39,787 nucleotides of DNA, from IMG/VR virus record IMGVR_UViG_3300033067_000173, positions 1 to 39,787 of that record; one strand, 5' to 3'. Made by a program: the position numbers and the translations under genes. Positions 24,542 to 34,600 of this stretch are shown piece by piece (position 1 is the first letter of the stretch; each line of letters starts with the position of its first letter). This DNA is from a virus. Its lineage: Duplodnaviria > Caudoviricetes. The notes beneath the pieces were generated by a model that worked only from the letters and a program-made list of their open reading frames with translations, searched no databases and was not told the DNA's origin.

Positions 24542-24904
24542 ATGGCTGAAAACACCACCTACACCCTGACCCGCGAAAACTCGCCGTCGGGCAACCTCGT
24601 CAACGGCAAGATCGTTCTGGGCGCCACCGCCCTGACGGCCGCTGACTACATCGAGATCGACGTCGGCTTCAAGCCGACCTACGTCCGTTTCGAGAACGCG
24701 ACCAGCCGGATCGCTGCTGAGCACTTCTGGGGCATGGCCGATGAGTCGTGCATCAAGACGATTGCCAACGGCACCCGCTCGCTGGAAGTCACTGGCGGCA
24801 ACAAGGGCATCACCTTGACGTCGCGCGGCTTCCGGATCGCCCAGAACGCCACCCTTGCGGTGGTCGAGGCCAGCACCACGGCCTACTTCGTGGCGATGGC
24901 CTGA
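24542..24904 (+). CDS. Putative capsid decoration/minor head protein
   Basis: Follows MCP; GAGGA RBS; VGFKPTYVRF motif. Confidence 0.75.
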   Translation: MAENTTYTLTRENSPSGNLVNGKIVLGATALTAADYIEIDVGFKPTYVRFENATSRIAAEHFWGMADESCIKTIANGTRSLEVTGGNKGITLTSRGFRIAQNATLAVVEASTTAYFVAMA

Positions 24905-24976
24905 TAGGCCAACCCTGATGGCCGGGGCCTGAAAAACCCCGGCCAATCTTACATACAACGAATCGAGGACTTCATC

Positions 24977-25486
24977 ATGCAACTCTGGAAAAGAATCCAA
25001 GATCTCACGATCACGAAGCTGCTCACGCTGGGCAAGGGCGCCATCGTCAAAGCCTACGACGCGGCCGGCAATCTGGTATCGGTGCCCGTCGCGGTGGCCG
25101 AGACCCGCACTGCCACCAACACGCTGACTGCCGACGAAAACGGCAAGGTCGTGTTCCTGAACAGCACGACCGAGTTCGTCACCACCCTGCCTCTTCCGGC
25201 GCCGGGTCTGGCCTTCTCGTTCGTCGTGTCTGGTGCGCCTGCGTCCGCCAGCTACACCATCGTGACGAGCGGCAGCGCCAACATCATCAAGGGTGCCGTG
25301 TACTCGGCCGACCTGAATGCTGCGGCTGACGGCGACATCGAGACCTCCGGTGGCGACACCATTACCTTGGTCGACTCCAAGGCTGTGGCCGGCGACCGTG
25401 TCGATGTGGTGTGCGATGGCACGAACTGGTTCGCTCGCATCTTCGTGAGCGCCTTCGACGCGGCCACCATCACCACCGCCAGCTGA
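24977..25486 (+). CDS. Putative head decoration/fibre protein
   Basis: TLTADENGKVVFLN...TLPLP...GD.V...CDGTNW motifs. Confidence 0.75.
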   Translation: MQLWKRIQDLTITKLLTLGKGAIVKAYDAAGNLVSVPVAVAETRTATNTLTADENGKVVFLNSTTEFVTTLPLPAPGLAFSFVVSGAPASASYTIVTSGSANIIKGAVYSADLNAAADGDIETSGGDTITLVDSKAVAGDRVDVVCDGTNWFARIFVSAFDAATITTAS

Positions 25487-25505
25487 TCCGTCAGCGCCCC
25501 ATGAG

Positions 25506-25528
25506 AACCACCTTCGGGTGGTTTTTTT
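25506..25528 (+). terminator. Rho-independent terminator
   Basis: AACCACC-TTCG-GGTGGTT followed by a T tract. Confidence 0.88.
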
Positions 25529-25552
25529 ACGTCCATTTTCAGGAGATCCCCC

Positions 25553-26038
25553 ATGCCCCGTGGCATTCCCAATTCCAAGATCGATGCGGCCGCCGAGAAG
25601 ATCGGCCAAGACCGCCCCTTCGACATCCCGATGGAGGGCTCCGTCGCGGGTCTTCTGCGCGCTGATGCCGAGCAGATCCAGATCGTCGACGGCCCCTCTC
25701 TGGGCGCCTACGCTGCCGAACTGGCCTTCAACGAGGAAGTTGTGGACGTCATCGTCCATGAGTCCACCGAGAAGAACTCGTCCCCGCTGGTCGAGGTCTA
25801 CGTCAACGGAACCCCGCAGCGGTTCATCCGTGGCGTGGTCCAGTCGGTCAAGCGCAAGTACGTCGAGGTGCTCGCTCGCGCCAAGGAGACCGGCATCAAG
25901 ACCGAGGTTGACATGAGCAATGGCAACCCGGTCAACCGGATCACCCGCCACACCGCCCTGCGCTACCCGTTCTCGATCCAGAACGACCCGAACCCCAAGG
26001 GTCGAGACTGGCTTCGCAAGGTGCTGGCCTCGGCCTGA
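25553..26038 (+). CDS. Conserved head-tail region protein
   Basis: AGGAG RBS; VYVNG...IRG...VKRKYVEVLARAK motif. Confidence 0.85.
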   Translation: MPRGIPNSKIDAAAEKIGQDRPFDIPMEGSVAGLLRADAEQIQIVDGPSLGAYAAELAFNEEVVDVIVHESTEKNSSPLVEVYVNGTPQRFIRGVVQSVKRKYVEVLARAKETGIKTEVDMSNGNPVNRITRHTALRYPFSIQNDPNPKGRDWLRKVLASA

Positions 26039-26043
26039 TCTGA

Positions 26044-26715
26044 ATGTCGACCTATCTGCAGCTCTCGCAGCGCTTGCGTCAGGAGGCCGGGATTTCCGGC
26101 ACTGGCCCCAGCACGGTCGTGTCGCAGACCGGCGAGATGAGGAGAGTCGTCGACTGGGTCAACTCTGCGTGGCTCGACATTCAGATGGACAGCCCGTACT
26201 GGGACTGGATGCGGGATGACTTCAGCTTCGTCACCGTCGCGAATCAGCGCAGCTACACACCGGTTCAGGCCGGGATAACAACGCGGTTCGGTCGGTGGAA
26301 TCTGGACTCTATCGGGTTGAGTTCTGGCTCACAGAACGACGAGACCCTGCTCGATGAGACGAGCTACCGGTCTTTCCGCTTCATGTATATCGTCGGCCCA
26401 CAAACGGTTGGCAGACCGGTCTCCGTGACAGCGATGCCTGACCAGTCGCTTGGGCTTGGGCACACCCCGAACGCGGTGTTCACTGTTCGCGGCGAATACT
26501 GGAAGACCCCTCAGTCCTTGAGCGTTGACGCGGACATCCCGGAGATGCCCGAGCAGTTCCATGAAGCCATCGTCTATCGGGCGCTCATGCTGTACGCGCG
26601 CTACGAGTCTGCCGCCGAGATCTACTCGGACGCCGAGCAGAACTACAAGCGCTGGATGGGCCAGCTTCGTGATCACCAGCTTCCGGGTGTGACGCTGTCG
26701 GGGCCGCTTGCATGA
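26044..26715 (+). CDS. Head-tail adaptor (tail tubular A-like)
   Basis: TYLQL...VVDWVNSAW..IQ....W.W; MPEQFHEAIVYRA; position. Confidence 0.8.
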   Translation: MSTYLQLSQRLRQEAGISGTGPSTVVSQTGEMRRVVDWVNSAWLDIQMDSPYWDWMRDDFSFVTVANQRSYTPVQAGITTRFGRWNLDSIGLSSGSQNDETLLDETSYRSFRFMYIVGPQTVGRPVSVTAMPDQSLGLGHTPNAVFTVRGEYWKTPQSLSVDADIPEMPEQFHEAIVYRALMLYARYESAAEIYSDAEQNYKRWMGQLRDHQLPGVTLSGPLA

Positions 26716-28733
26716 ACCCGGTCAAGGTCGAGCTGGACTACTTCGCTTTTGCCGGCGGCATCAACGAGGTGACCCCGGCCATCGCGGTCCCCGCAGGCCA
26801 GCTCTTCTTCGCGCAGAACTACGAGCCCGACATCAACGGAGGCTACCGTCTGGCCGGAGGCGCGGAGCGCTTCGACGGCCGCCCGCGACCGAGCGATGCC
26901 AGCTACACCCTGTTGGCTTGCACGATGCTCTCGACCCCGGCCTCCGGGGCGACCATCGTGATCGGGGCGGCGACCTGTCGATTCGTCGGGCTGGTTACTG
27001 GAGGGATCTTGGTCACCTCGGTAACCGGAACCATCCCCGCGTCTACCAGCATGACGGTGTCCGCCGTTCCTGTTGGGACGACATCGTCCGATACCGCGCT
27101 GTCTGCACCGAGCGTGAAGGAGGATGCGGAGCACAACCTAGCGGCACAGGGGGTCTACCGATCCGACATCGCCGCCGTCCCCGGCTCTGGATCGATCCGT
27201 GGCGTGTGGCTCTACGCTGGTGTCGTCTACGCCTTCCGCGACAACGCTCTCGCGACAGCCTGCGTGATGCACAAGAGCACGTCCGGTGGATGGTCTGAGG
27301 TGACCCTGCCGAAGGAGATCTCGTTCTCCAACGCAAACACCAGCGTCACGGATGGCGACACCCTGACACAGGGAGGGGTGACCGCAACCGTTGCCAAGGT
27401 CGTCGTGGAGACCGGGAGCTTGGTCAGCGGGACCAATACTGGGCGCCTGATCATTACCGGGGTTGCCGGAGGGGCGTTCGCGGCGGGTGCTGCAACATCG
27501 ACTGGAGGCGGGTCTCTGACATTGTCCGGGGCGGCATCGCAGATCACGCTGTCGGCCGGCGGCCGCTACAGGTTCTGCAACTTCAACTTCTACGGGCAGC
27601 AGTCGTCGATCAGGATGTACGGATGCAACGGGCTGAACCGGGCCTTCGAGTTCGACGGGACCACACTCATCCCTATCAACACCGGGGCAGCGACTGACAC
27701 CCCGTCCTATGTGGTCGGCAACCGGGCCTACCTCTACCTTGCCCAAGGATCGTCGCTGATGAACTCGTCGGTTGGGGAGCCCTTGCGATACGTCGCCGCC
27801 GAGGGCGCCGCCGAGATCGGGGTTGGGGACACCATCACTGGTCTGGTCGCTATGACTGGCGAGGCGGTGGGTGTGATGTGCAAGAACTCCACCTACGCCT
27901 TGACCGGGGCTGATCCGTCGACGTGGAGCCTTCAGGTCATCAGGTCTGATACCGGGGCAAAGGATGCGACCACGGTGGCGATGTCGGACACCTACATGCT
28001 CGACGACCGTGGGGTGATCTCTTTGACATCCACAAACGCATACGGGAACTTCCTTGATGCCGTGCTTTCTCGACTGGTGCAAACATCGGTCACGCAGCTT
28101 CTCCCGCTCGCGATCACGGCCTACGCGAACAGAACCAAGGGTCACTACGTCATCCTCGGAAGCGATGGGTCTGGTCTGGTGATGGGCATCTCACAAGGCA
28201 AGCCCAACGGGTTCACCACGATCAAGTACCCGTTCAACCCAACCTGCTCTGTTTCGGGTGAGGACTCCAGCGGGATTGAGCGCATTTTCGTGGGCGCCTC
28301 CAACGGGTACGTCTACGAGTTGAACCGGGGCACAAGCTTCGACGGGGCCGCCATCGAGGCCTTCTGCAAGGTGTTCTTCAGCCACAGCAGATCGCCACGG
28401 CTCAGGAAGCGCTACCGGCGCTGCGTGCTGGACATCAGCAACTTGGGCTACTCGGAGCTGTCATTCCAGCCGGAGTTCTCCTACGGGTCCAGCGACACAG
28501 ACTCGCACCGCACCCAGAGTCTGGTAGCGAACGGGCTTGGCGGGGCTTGGGACATCTCGGCGTGGGACGCATTCGCCTACGACGGTCAGGCCAGTGTGAA
28601 CCAGCCCAATCTGTCGATTGAGGGCACCGGGGTCAATGTGGCCCTGATCTTTTACTCGAACACCGCACTCGATGCCGGGCATGTCCTGCAAGGGGCGATG
28701 GTGCATTACTCACCCAGACGAATGGAGCGCTGA
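26712..28733 (+). CDS. Tail hub/nozzle (P22 gp10/T7 gp12-like)
   Basis: 673 aa, beta-rich, FAGGIN start; follows the adaptor. Confidence 0.78.
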   Translation: MNPVKVELDYFAFAGGINEVTPAIAVPAGQLFFAQNYEPDINGGYRLAGGAERFDGRPRPSDASYTLLACTMLSTPASGATIVIGAATCRFVGLVTGGILVTSVTGTIPASTSMTVSAVPVGTTSSDTALSAPSVKEDAEHNLAAQGVYRSDIAAVPGSGSIRGVWLYAGVVYAFRDNALATACVMHKSTSGGWSEVTLPKEISFSNANTSVTDGDTLTQGGVTATVAKVVVETGSLVSGTNTGRLIITGVAGGAFAAGAATSTGGGSLTLSGAASQITLSAGGRYRFCNFNFYGQQSSIRMYGCNGLNRAFEFDGTTLIPINTGAATDTPSYVVGNRAYLYLAQGSSLMNSSVGEPLRYVAAEGAAEIGVGDTITGLVAMTGEAVGVMCKNSTYALTGADPSTWSLQVIRSDTGAKDATTVAMSDTYMLDDRGVISLTSTNAYGNFLDAVLSRLVQTSVTQLLPLAITAYANRTKGHYVILGSDGSGLVMGISQGKPNGFTTIKYPFNPTCSVSGEDSSGIERIFVGASNGYVYELNRGTSFDGAAIEAFCKVFFSHSRSPRLRKRYRRCVLDISNLGYSELSFQPEFSYGSSDTDSHRTQSLVANGLGGAWDISAWDAFAYDGQASVNQPNLSIEGTGVNVALIFYSNTALDAGHVLQGAMVHYSPRRMER

Positions 28734-30493
28734 TGGCGAACCCTTACTACACCAACACGACCACTCTGGTTCCGCTCGCCAAGGCCCGTGCCGGCGACTT
28801 GGAGACCAAGTTCGGGCTTGTCGAGGATGGATTCGATGCGGTCGAGACGGCGGTCAACCTGAAGGCCCCGCTCGCGAGCCCGACCTTTACCGGAACCCCT
28901 GCTGGGCCGACGGCCGCGCCGGGCACCAACACGACCCAGCTCGCCACGACCGCGCATGTGTTCGCAGAGCGATCTGCGGCGGTCACCCTGACCAACAAGA
29001 CCCTGACCGCCCCGGTGGTCAACTCGCCCACGGGCATCGTCAAGGCGGATGTCGGTCTTGGAAACGTGGACAACACCAGTGACGCAAGCAAGCCGATCAG
29101 CACACTGGCTCAGGCCGCCTTGGACCTGAAGGCGCCGATTGCCAGCCCAACCTTTACCGGCGTCCCTGCGGCCCCGACCGCTGCCCCCGGGACCAACACC
29201 ACCCAGCTTGCAACGACCGAGTTTGTGATCCAGCAAGCGTTCGCTGCTACGCTACCGGACCAGACTGGGAACAATGGGAAATTCCTGAAGACCGACGGAT
29301 CGACTGCATCGTGGGACACCACTGGAGCCGGAACTGGGTCTGTGACCAGTGTCGCGATGTCTGTCCCCGCCTTCCTGAGCGTGGCCGGGTCTCCGGTGAC
29401 TGCGGCTGGAACTCTGGCAGTTGACTTCTCCGGGACCGCCCTGCCTGCAGCCAACGGCGGGACCGGAAACATCAGCTACACCATCGGCGACATCCTGTAC
29501 GCGAGTGGGGCCGCAGCCTTGGCAAAGCTTGCCGCCGTAGCGACCGGCAATGTCCTGATCTCCGGCGGTGTTGGCGTCACCCCTGCGTGGGGCAAAGTCA
29601 GCCTGTCTGGAACCCAGCATGTGAGCGGGACACTTCCCGTTGGCAACGGCGGGACAGGGGCGATCACGCTGACTGGCGTTCTCAAGGGCAACGGGACGAG
29701 CGCGTTTACCGCAGCTTCTGCCGGGACCGACTATGTAGCTCCGGGCGGAGCGCTGGGAACGCCTTCAAGCGGCACGCTGACGAATTGCACGGGTTTGCCG
29801 GTGGCTGGTGGCGGCACCGGCAGAGCCACCGGCACCACGGCCTACGCTCTGGTGGCAACCGGCACCACCGCCACGGGCGCGCAGCAGAGCCTTGCCGCAG
29901 GAGCCACGACTGAGGTGCTTGTTGGTGGCGGGGCTTCCGCACTACCCGTCTGGACGACCGCAACCGGCTCTGGCGCACCTGTCAGGGCAACGAGCCCGGT
30001 GCTGACAACGCCGAACATTGGCACGCCGTCTGCGGGCACTCTGACGAACTGCACAGGGCTGCCCCCTGCCGGCGTCGTTGGCACCGCTGCGGTGTTGGGC
30101 GCGAACACGTTTACGGGTGATCAGGCGCTTGGCAACAACGACATCACGGGCGTCAAGACCATCGGGTTCACCGCCGAGTACGACAATGGCAACTCCGGCG
30201 CATCGGACACCATCACGCTGGCGAACGGGCAGAAGCAGAAGTCCACACTGACCAACAACACCACCCTGACGATCAGCACGACCGGCGCAACGGTTGGTAG
30301 CTACCAGCTTCGCTTGATTCAGGACGGATCGGGCGGAAGAACGGTGACTTGGAGCGGATTGACTTCGACCCGCTGGATTGGCTCGACTTCAGCCCCGGCC
30401 ATCAATGCGGCCATCGCCGGGGAAACCATCATCACGATGTTCTTTGACGGAACCAACATCACGCAAAGCCTTGGCAAGGTGGGGGCAGTGTAA
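28733..30493 (+). CDS. Tail fibre protein
   Basis: Two KAP.ASPTFTG.P..PTAAPGTNTTQLATT repeats, VGLGNVDNTSDA.KPIS, LP..NGGTG and GTLTNCTGLP repeats. Confidence 0.9.
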   Translation: MANPYYTNTTTLVPLAKARAGDLETKFGLVEDGFDAVETAVNLKAPLASPTFTGTPAGPTAAPGTNTTQLATTAHVFAERSAAVTLTNKTLTAPVVNSPTGIVKADVGLGNVDNTSDASKPISTLAQAALDLKAPIASPTFTGVPAAPTAAPGTNTTQLATTEFVIQQAFAATLPDQTGNNGKFLKTDGSTASWDTTGAGTGSVTSVAMSVPAFLSVAGSPVTAAGTLAVDFSGTALPAANGGTGNISYTIGDILYASGAAALAKLAAVATGNVLISGGVGVTPAWGKVSLSGTQHVSGTLPVGNGGTGAITLTGVLKGNGTSAFTAASAGTDYVAPGGALGTPSSGTLTNCTGLPVAGGGTGRATGTTAYALVATGTTATGAQQSLAAGATTEVLVGGGASALPVWTTATGSGAPVRATSPVLTTPNIGTPSAGTLTNCTGLPPAGVVGTAAVLGANTFTGDQALGNNDITGVKTIGFTAEYDNGNSGASDTITLANGQKQKSTLTNNTTLTISTTGATVGSYQLRLIQDGSGGRTVTWSGLTSTRWIGSTSAPAINAAIAGETIITMFFDGTNITQSLGKVGAV

Positions 30494-31137
30494 TGGCGTC
30501 GCCGACCGTACACGCCGCCACAACAACGTCTACTGCGAGTAGCACCTCGCATACCATTAACATCCCTGCTGGGGTTGCCGCAAATGACGTGATTTTGATT
30601 GTATTTGCGGCGACATCAACGCTGTCCACATTCACCGGGTACGCAAAGCTTGACGGCAGCGTGTCTCCTTGTGAGGTAATTTGCAAGCTGGCGACGGGCT
30701 CTGAGGGCACGTCTGTTGACGTGTCTACCTCGGGGGCCACGCCTTCTGAATCGTTGACGCTGTTGATCAGAGGCGTCTCTGTCGCCAGCCTTGGGGTCGC
30801 CTCCAATATTGACTCTGGCATCGCCACAGGAAGCTCAGCGAGCCCAAACCCTCCATCACTGGCGCCATCAACCTTAAGTGCAGGAGATGGTGTTTTGTGG
30901 CTTGCTGCTGCCGGATTCAACGCGGGCTCCCTTTCCGGCACACCATCCGGCTACACATCGCAAGGCATATCAGCATCCGGCTCCTTGAGTGCGGGTGTTG
31001 GCTCTAAAAGCAGCACGGCAACAAGCGAAGACCCCGGCGCTTTCTCGGCTGGCTCCGACGCCACATGGCGCTGCTTCACCATAGCCATCGGCACGCTTCC
31101 GGCGGCCGGAGGTCTTTTCAATCTGGAGGCTTTCTGA
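30493..31137 (+). CDS. Fibre-tip/adhesin-like Ser/Thr/Gly-rich protein
   Basis: TAATG coupling to the fibre gene; composition. Confidence 0.7.
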   Translation: MASPTVHAATTTSTASSTSHTINIPAGVAANDVILIVFAATSTLSTFTGYAKLDGSVSPCEVICKLATGSEGTSVDVSTSGATPSESLTLLIRGVSVASLGVASNIDSGIATGSSASPNPPSLAPSTLSAGDGVLWLAAAGFNAGSLSGTPSGYTSQGISASGSLSAGVGSKSSTATSEDPGAFSAGSDATWRCFTIAIGTLPAAGGLFNLEAF

Positions 31138-31622
31138 TGTACGCAAAAGTCATTGCCGGGGTGCTCATGCAGTACCCCTACACCTTCGCAGACCTTCGGG
31201 CTGACTGGCCGGATACGTCGTTCCCGACGGCTCCGAACGTGGCCCAGCTTGGTGAGTTCGGTATCGTGACCGTGACCGCAACAGCAAAACCCGCCTTCAA
31301 CCCCGCGACACAGGTCGTGGACGAGGTTGACCCAGTTGACGTTGGCGGTGTCTGGACCCAGCAGTGGGCCATCCGAGCCGCTACTCAGGATGAAATGAAC
31401 GCCTACGCCGCCCAGCAAGCCGCCGCAGCACAGGCCGCCGCCGACTCCGCAGACCGGCAGGCAGCCAAGGCCGACAGCGTGATCTCATATCTTGTGACCC
31501 GCACCCCGGCCGAGATTTCCGCCAAGGTGGACGCCGATGTGACCAACCTCGCATCAGCCAAGACGTACATTGCCAAGCTGGCAGTCGCGGTGAGCGTGTT
31601 GGCGCGCAAAGAACTGCGCTGA
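31137..31622 (+). CDS. Fibre-associated protein (YPYT..DLR...P.TSFP family; possible assembly chaperone)
   Basis: ATG 31137 coupled (TGATG). Confidence 0.75.
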   Translation: MYAKVIAGVLMQYPYTFADLRADWPDTSFPTAPNVAQLGEFGIVTVTATAKPAFNPATQVVDEVDPVDVGGVWTQQWAIRAATQDEMNAYAAQQAAAAQAAADSADRQAAKADSVISYLVTRTPAEISAKVDADVTNLASAKTYIAKLAVAVSVLARKELR

Positions 31623-31647
31623 CCCAAGAAAATTTACTGGAGCCAAC

Positions 31648-34600
31648 ATGGCAACTGGACTACTCGGAACGCTGTCGCAGTACAACCCGACCGCTGACTT
31701 GAGGCGGGAGACCTACACCGCCCAGACCAAAGAGATCGACCCGAGCAAGGAGACGGTCAAGGGTCAGGTCACCCAGATGATGAGGGATGACGACCCTCTG
31801 ATGCAGCGCGCTCGCGCGCAGGCTTCGATGGGCGCCGCAGGAAGGGGTCTGGTCAACTCCACGATTGCGGCCGGCGCCGGAACCGCCGCGATGCTGGACA
31901 AGGCCACCGAGATCGGCAAGGCCGATGCGGACCTCTACAACCAGCGCACGATTGCAAACATGGGCGCCACCAACGAGGCGGGCCAGTTCAATGCCGGCGA
32001 GACCAACAAGCTGGTGGGGCAGGGTCTAGGCATTGCCTCGCAGTTCGGGCTGCAGAAAGATCAACAGTCGTTCACGGCCGGCCAAAGCACGGCTGAGAAC
32101 AACTTCAAGGCGGCCCAGTCGCAGCTCGACCGCGCCCAGCAGACCGCGCTGGCCGACAAAAGCATCGAGGCCCAGAAGGCCTTGCAAGTGGCTCAGCAAA
32201 ACTTCGATGGCGCACAGGGTGAGTTGACTCGCGTGAACCAGCGCTACCTGCAAACGGACGCGCAGACCTTCCAAGCCGGCCAGAACACGCTGGACCGCGC
32301 CCAACAGGAGAAGATTCTGGTTGCGACCCAGAACTTCCAGCGGGCTCAGGCCGATCTGGACCGAGCCCAGCAAGTGGTGTTGGCCGACAAGAGCATCGAA
32401 GCCCAGAAGGCGCTGCAGATCGCCACCCAGAACTTCCAGCAGGCTCAGGCTGAGCTTGACAGAGCCCAGCAGACCACGCTCCAGACTTCTCAGCAGACCT
32501 TTCAGGCGCTGCAGTCCGGGCTGGATCGCAACCAGCAGGCCGTCCTTCAGGACAAGCAGTTTACGTTTCAGGGCTCTCAGGCCGACATGGACCGCACCCA
32601 GCAGCTTCTTGTTCAGAAGTTGCAGGAGTCCGGGATGGATGCCCGTCAGGCCACCCAGCTGGCGGAGGCGAGCCGCAACGCTGCTCTGGACCGCACTCAG
32701 CAAACAGATCTGCAAACGTCCGCCCAGAACTTCACCGCCGGCCAAGGGCTTCTCGACCGCGAATTCCAGTCCGGCGAAAACGCACTGACCCGCCAGCAGC
32801 AGACCGACCTACAAGCCTCCGCTCAGAAGTTTGGCGCATCCGAGTCGGTTCTTGAACGCGCCCAGCAACTCATGCTGGCGGACAAGACGATTGATGCGAA
32901 CAAGGCGTTGCAGCTTGCGCAGCAGGAATTTCAGCGTGGCGAGAGCGGGCTTGATCGCCAGCAGCAGACGGATCTGCAGACGGCGGCTCAGAAGTTTGGC
33001 GCATCCGAGTCGGTTCTTGAACGCGCCCAGCAACTCATGCTGGCGGACAAGAGTATTGATGCCAATAAGGCTTTGCAGAAAGCCCAGCAGGAATTCGACA
33101 GCGGTGAGAACCAACTCACGCGAGAGCAGCAGACAGCGCTTCAAAAAGCTGCTCAGGAGTTTGGCGCATCGGAGTCCGTCCTAGAGCGCGCCCAGCAGAT
33201 CACCATTGCCGACAAGTCGATCGACGCAAACAAAGCCCTGCAACAGGCCCAACAGGAATTCGACAAGGGTGAGAACCTGTTGAGCCGCGAGCAACAAACC
33301 GCGCTTCAGAAGGCGGCACAGGAGTTTGGTGCGAGCGAGGAGGTGTTGAACCGCGCCCAACAGATTACGCTGGCCGATAAATCGATTGACGCGAACAAGG
33401 CCCTCCAGCTTGCGCAACAGCAATTCCAAAGCGGAGAGAGCGCCCTCGACAGAACTCAGCAGACCGCCCTGCAAACTGCCGCTCAGGAGTTCGGCGCAAG
33501 CCAGTCGGTGCTTGACCGTGCCCAGCAGATCATGTTGGCCGACAAATCTATTGACGCCAACAAAGCACTGCAAAAAGCGCAGCAGGAATTCCAGACCGGA
33601 GAGAGTGCTCTGGACAGGACTCAGCAAACCGCTCTTCAGGAGGCCGCCCAGACCTTTGGGGCGAGCCAAGCCGAGAAGGATCGCGCGCAGCAGATCTTGC
33701 TGGCGGATAAAAGCATCGACGCGAACAAGGCCTTGGAGATGGCCCGGCAAGAGTTCACGAAGGGCGAGAACGTGCTTGATCGCTCGCAGCAAAGCGCACT
33801 TCAGACGGCTCAGATCGAAGCCCAAAAGAGCTTGCAGACGGCCCAGCAGACCTTCCAAAGCGCTCAGGCGGAACTGGATCGCGCGCAGCAGACTGCCCTG
33901 ACCGACAAAGGCATCGAGGCGCAGAAAAAACTGCAGGACGCCCAGCAAGTCTTCAACGCGGCCCAGTCTGATCTGGACAGAACCCAGCAAACCAGCATCG
34001 CCAACCTGCAGATTGGCGCACAGAAGACGCTGCAAGACAACGCGCAGGAGTTCAACAAACTGCAGGCCAGTCTTGATCGGACTCAACAAACCGACCTGAT
34101 GAAGCTGCAAGACTCCTTGAACAGCGCAAGCGTTGCCAAGACCTACGCGGCAAACATTTCGATAAGCACGCTGAATGCGTTGAATGCGATTCAGGCGGAC
34201 CCGAACCTCACTCCGGAGGCCAAGGCGGCGGCAACCACCAACGCCATCGGCGCCGCGAACGCCAACATGGCATGGGGTGCGACCTTCTACAACCTGACCC
34301 TGCCGGGGTTCGCGGCGCCGGGCGCCACGCCGGGCGTGATTTCGCCCGACCCCTTGGGCTCGCCTGATCCAGAGGTTCGTCACAAAGGCATGGTCGAGCA
34401 GGCCTATGCCAGCATCGGAAGAAGCGGCATCGGCACCGGGGTGAACAATGTGGACCAAGCCGGCATGGACTGGTGGACCGAGCAGCTCCGCACTGGCGCG
34501 GTGACCGAGGCGCAGTTCAAAGCCACCTTCGACAACGCCGTGGCCGAATACGCCAAGAACAACCCGGACAGCGAGCAGGCCAAATACATCAGCGGATACA

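Noticed and set aside
24506-25951. 481-aa minus-strand ORF (also 15896..16987, 27138..28145, 33181..34800)
   Set aside because: Shadow frames opposite well-supported plus-strand structural genes.
28733-31622. Diversity-generating retroelement, suggested by the BPP-1-like architecture
   Set aside because: No reverse transcriptase and no TR/VR pair with adenine-specific differences seen in the window.
32785-33774. Regular repeats considered as a CRISPR array
   Set aside because: These are 165-bp in-frame coding repeats with synonymous divergence and no unique spacers.
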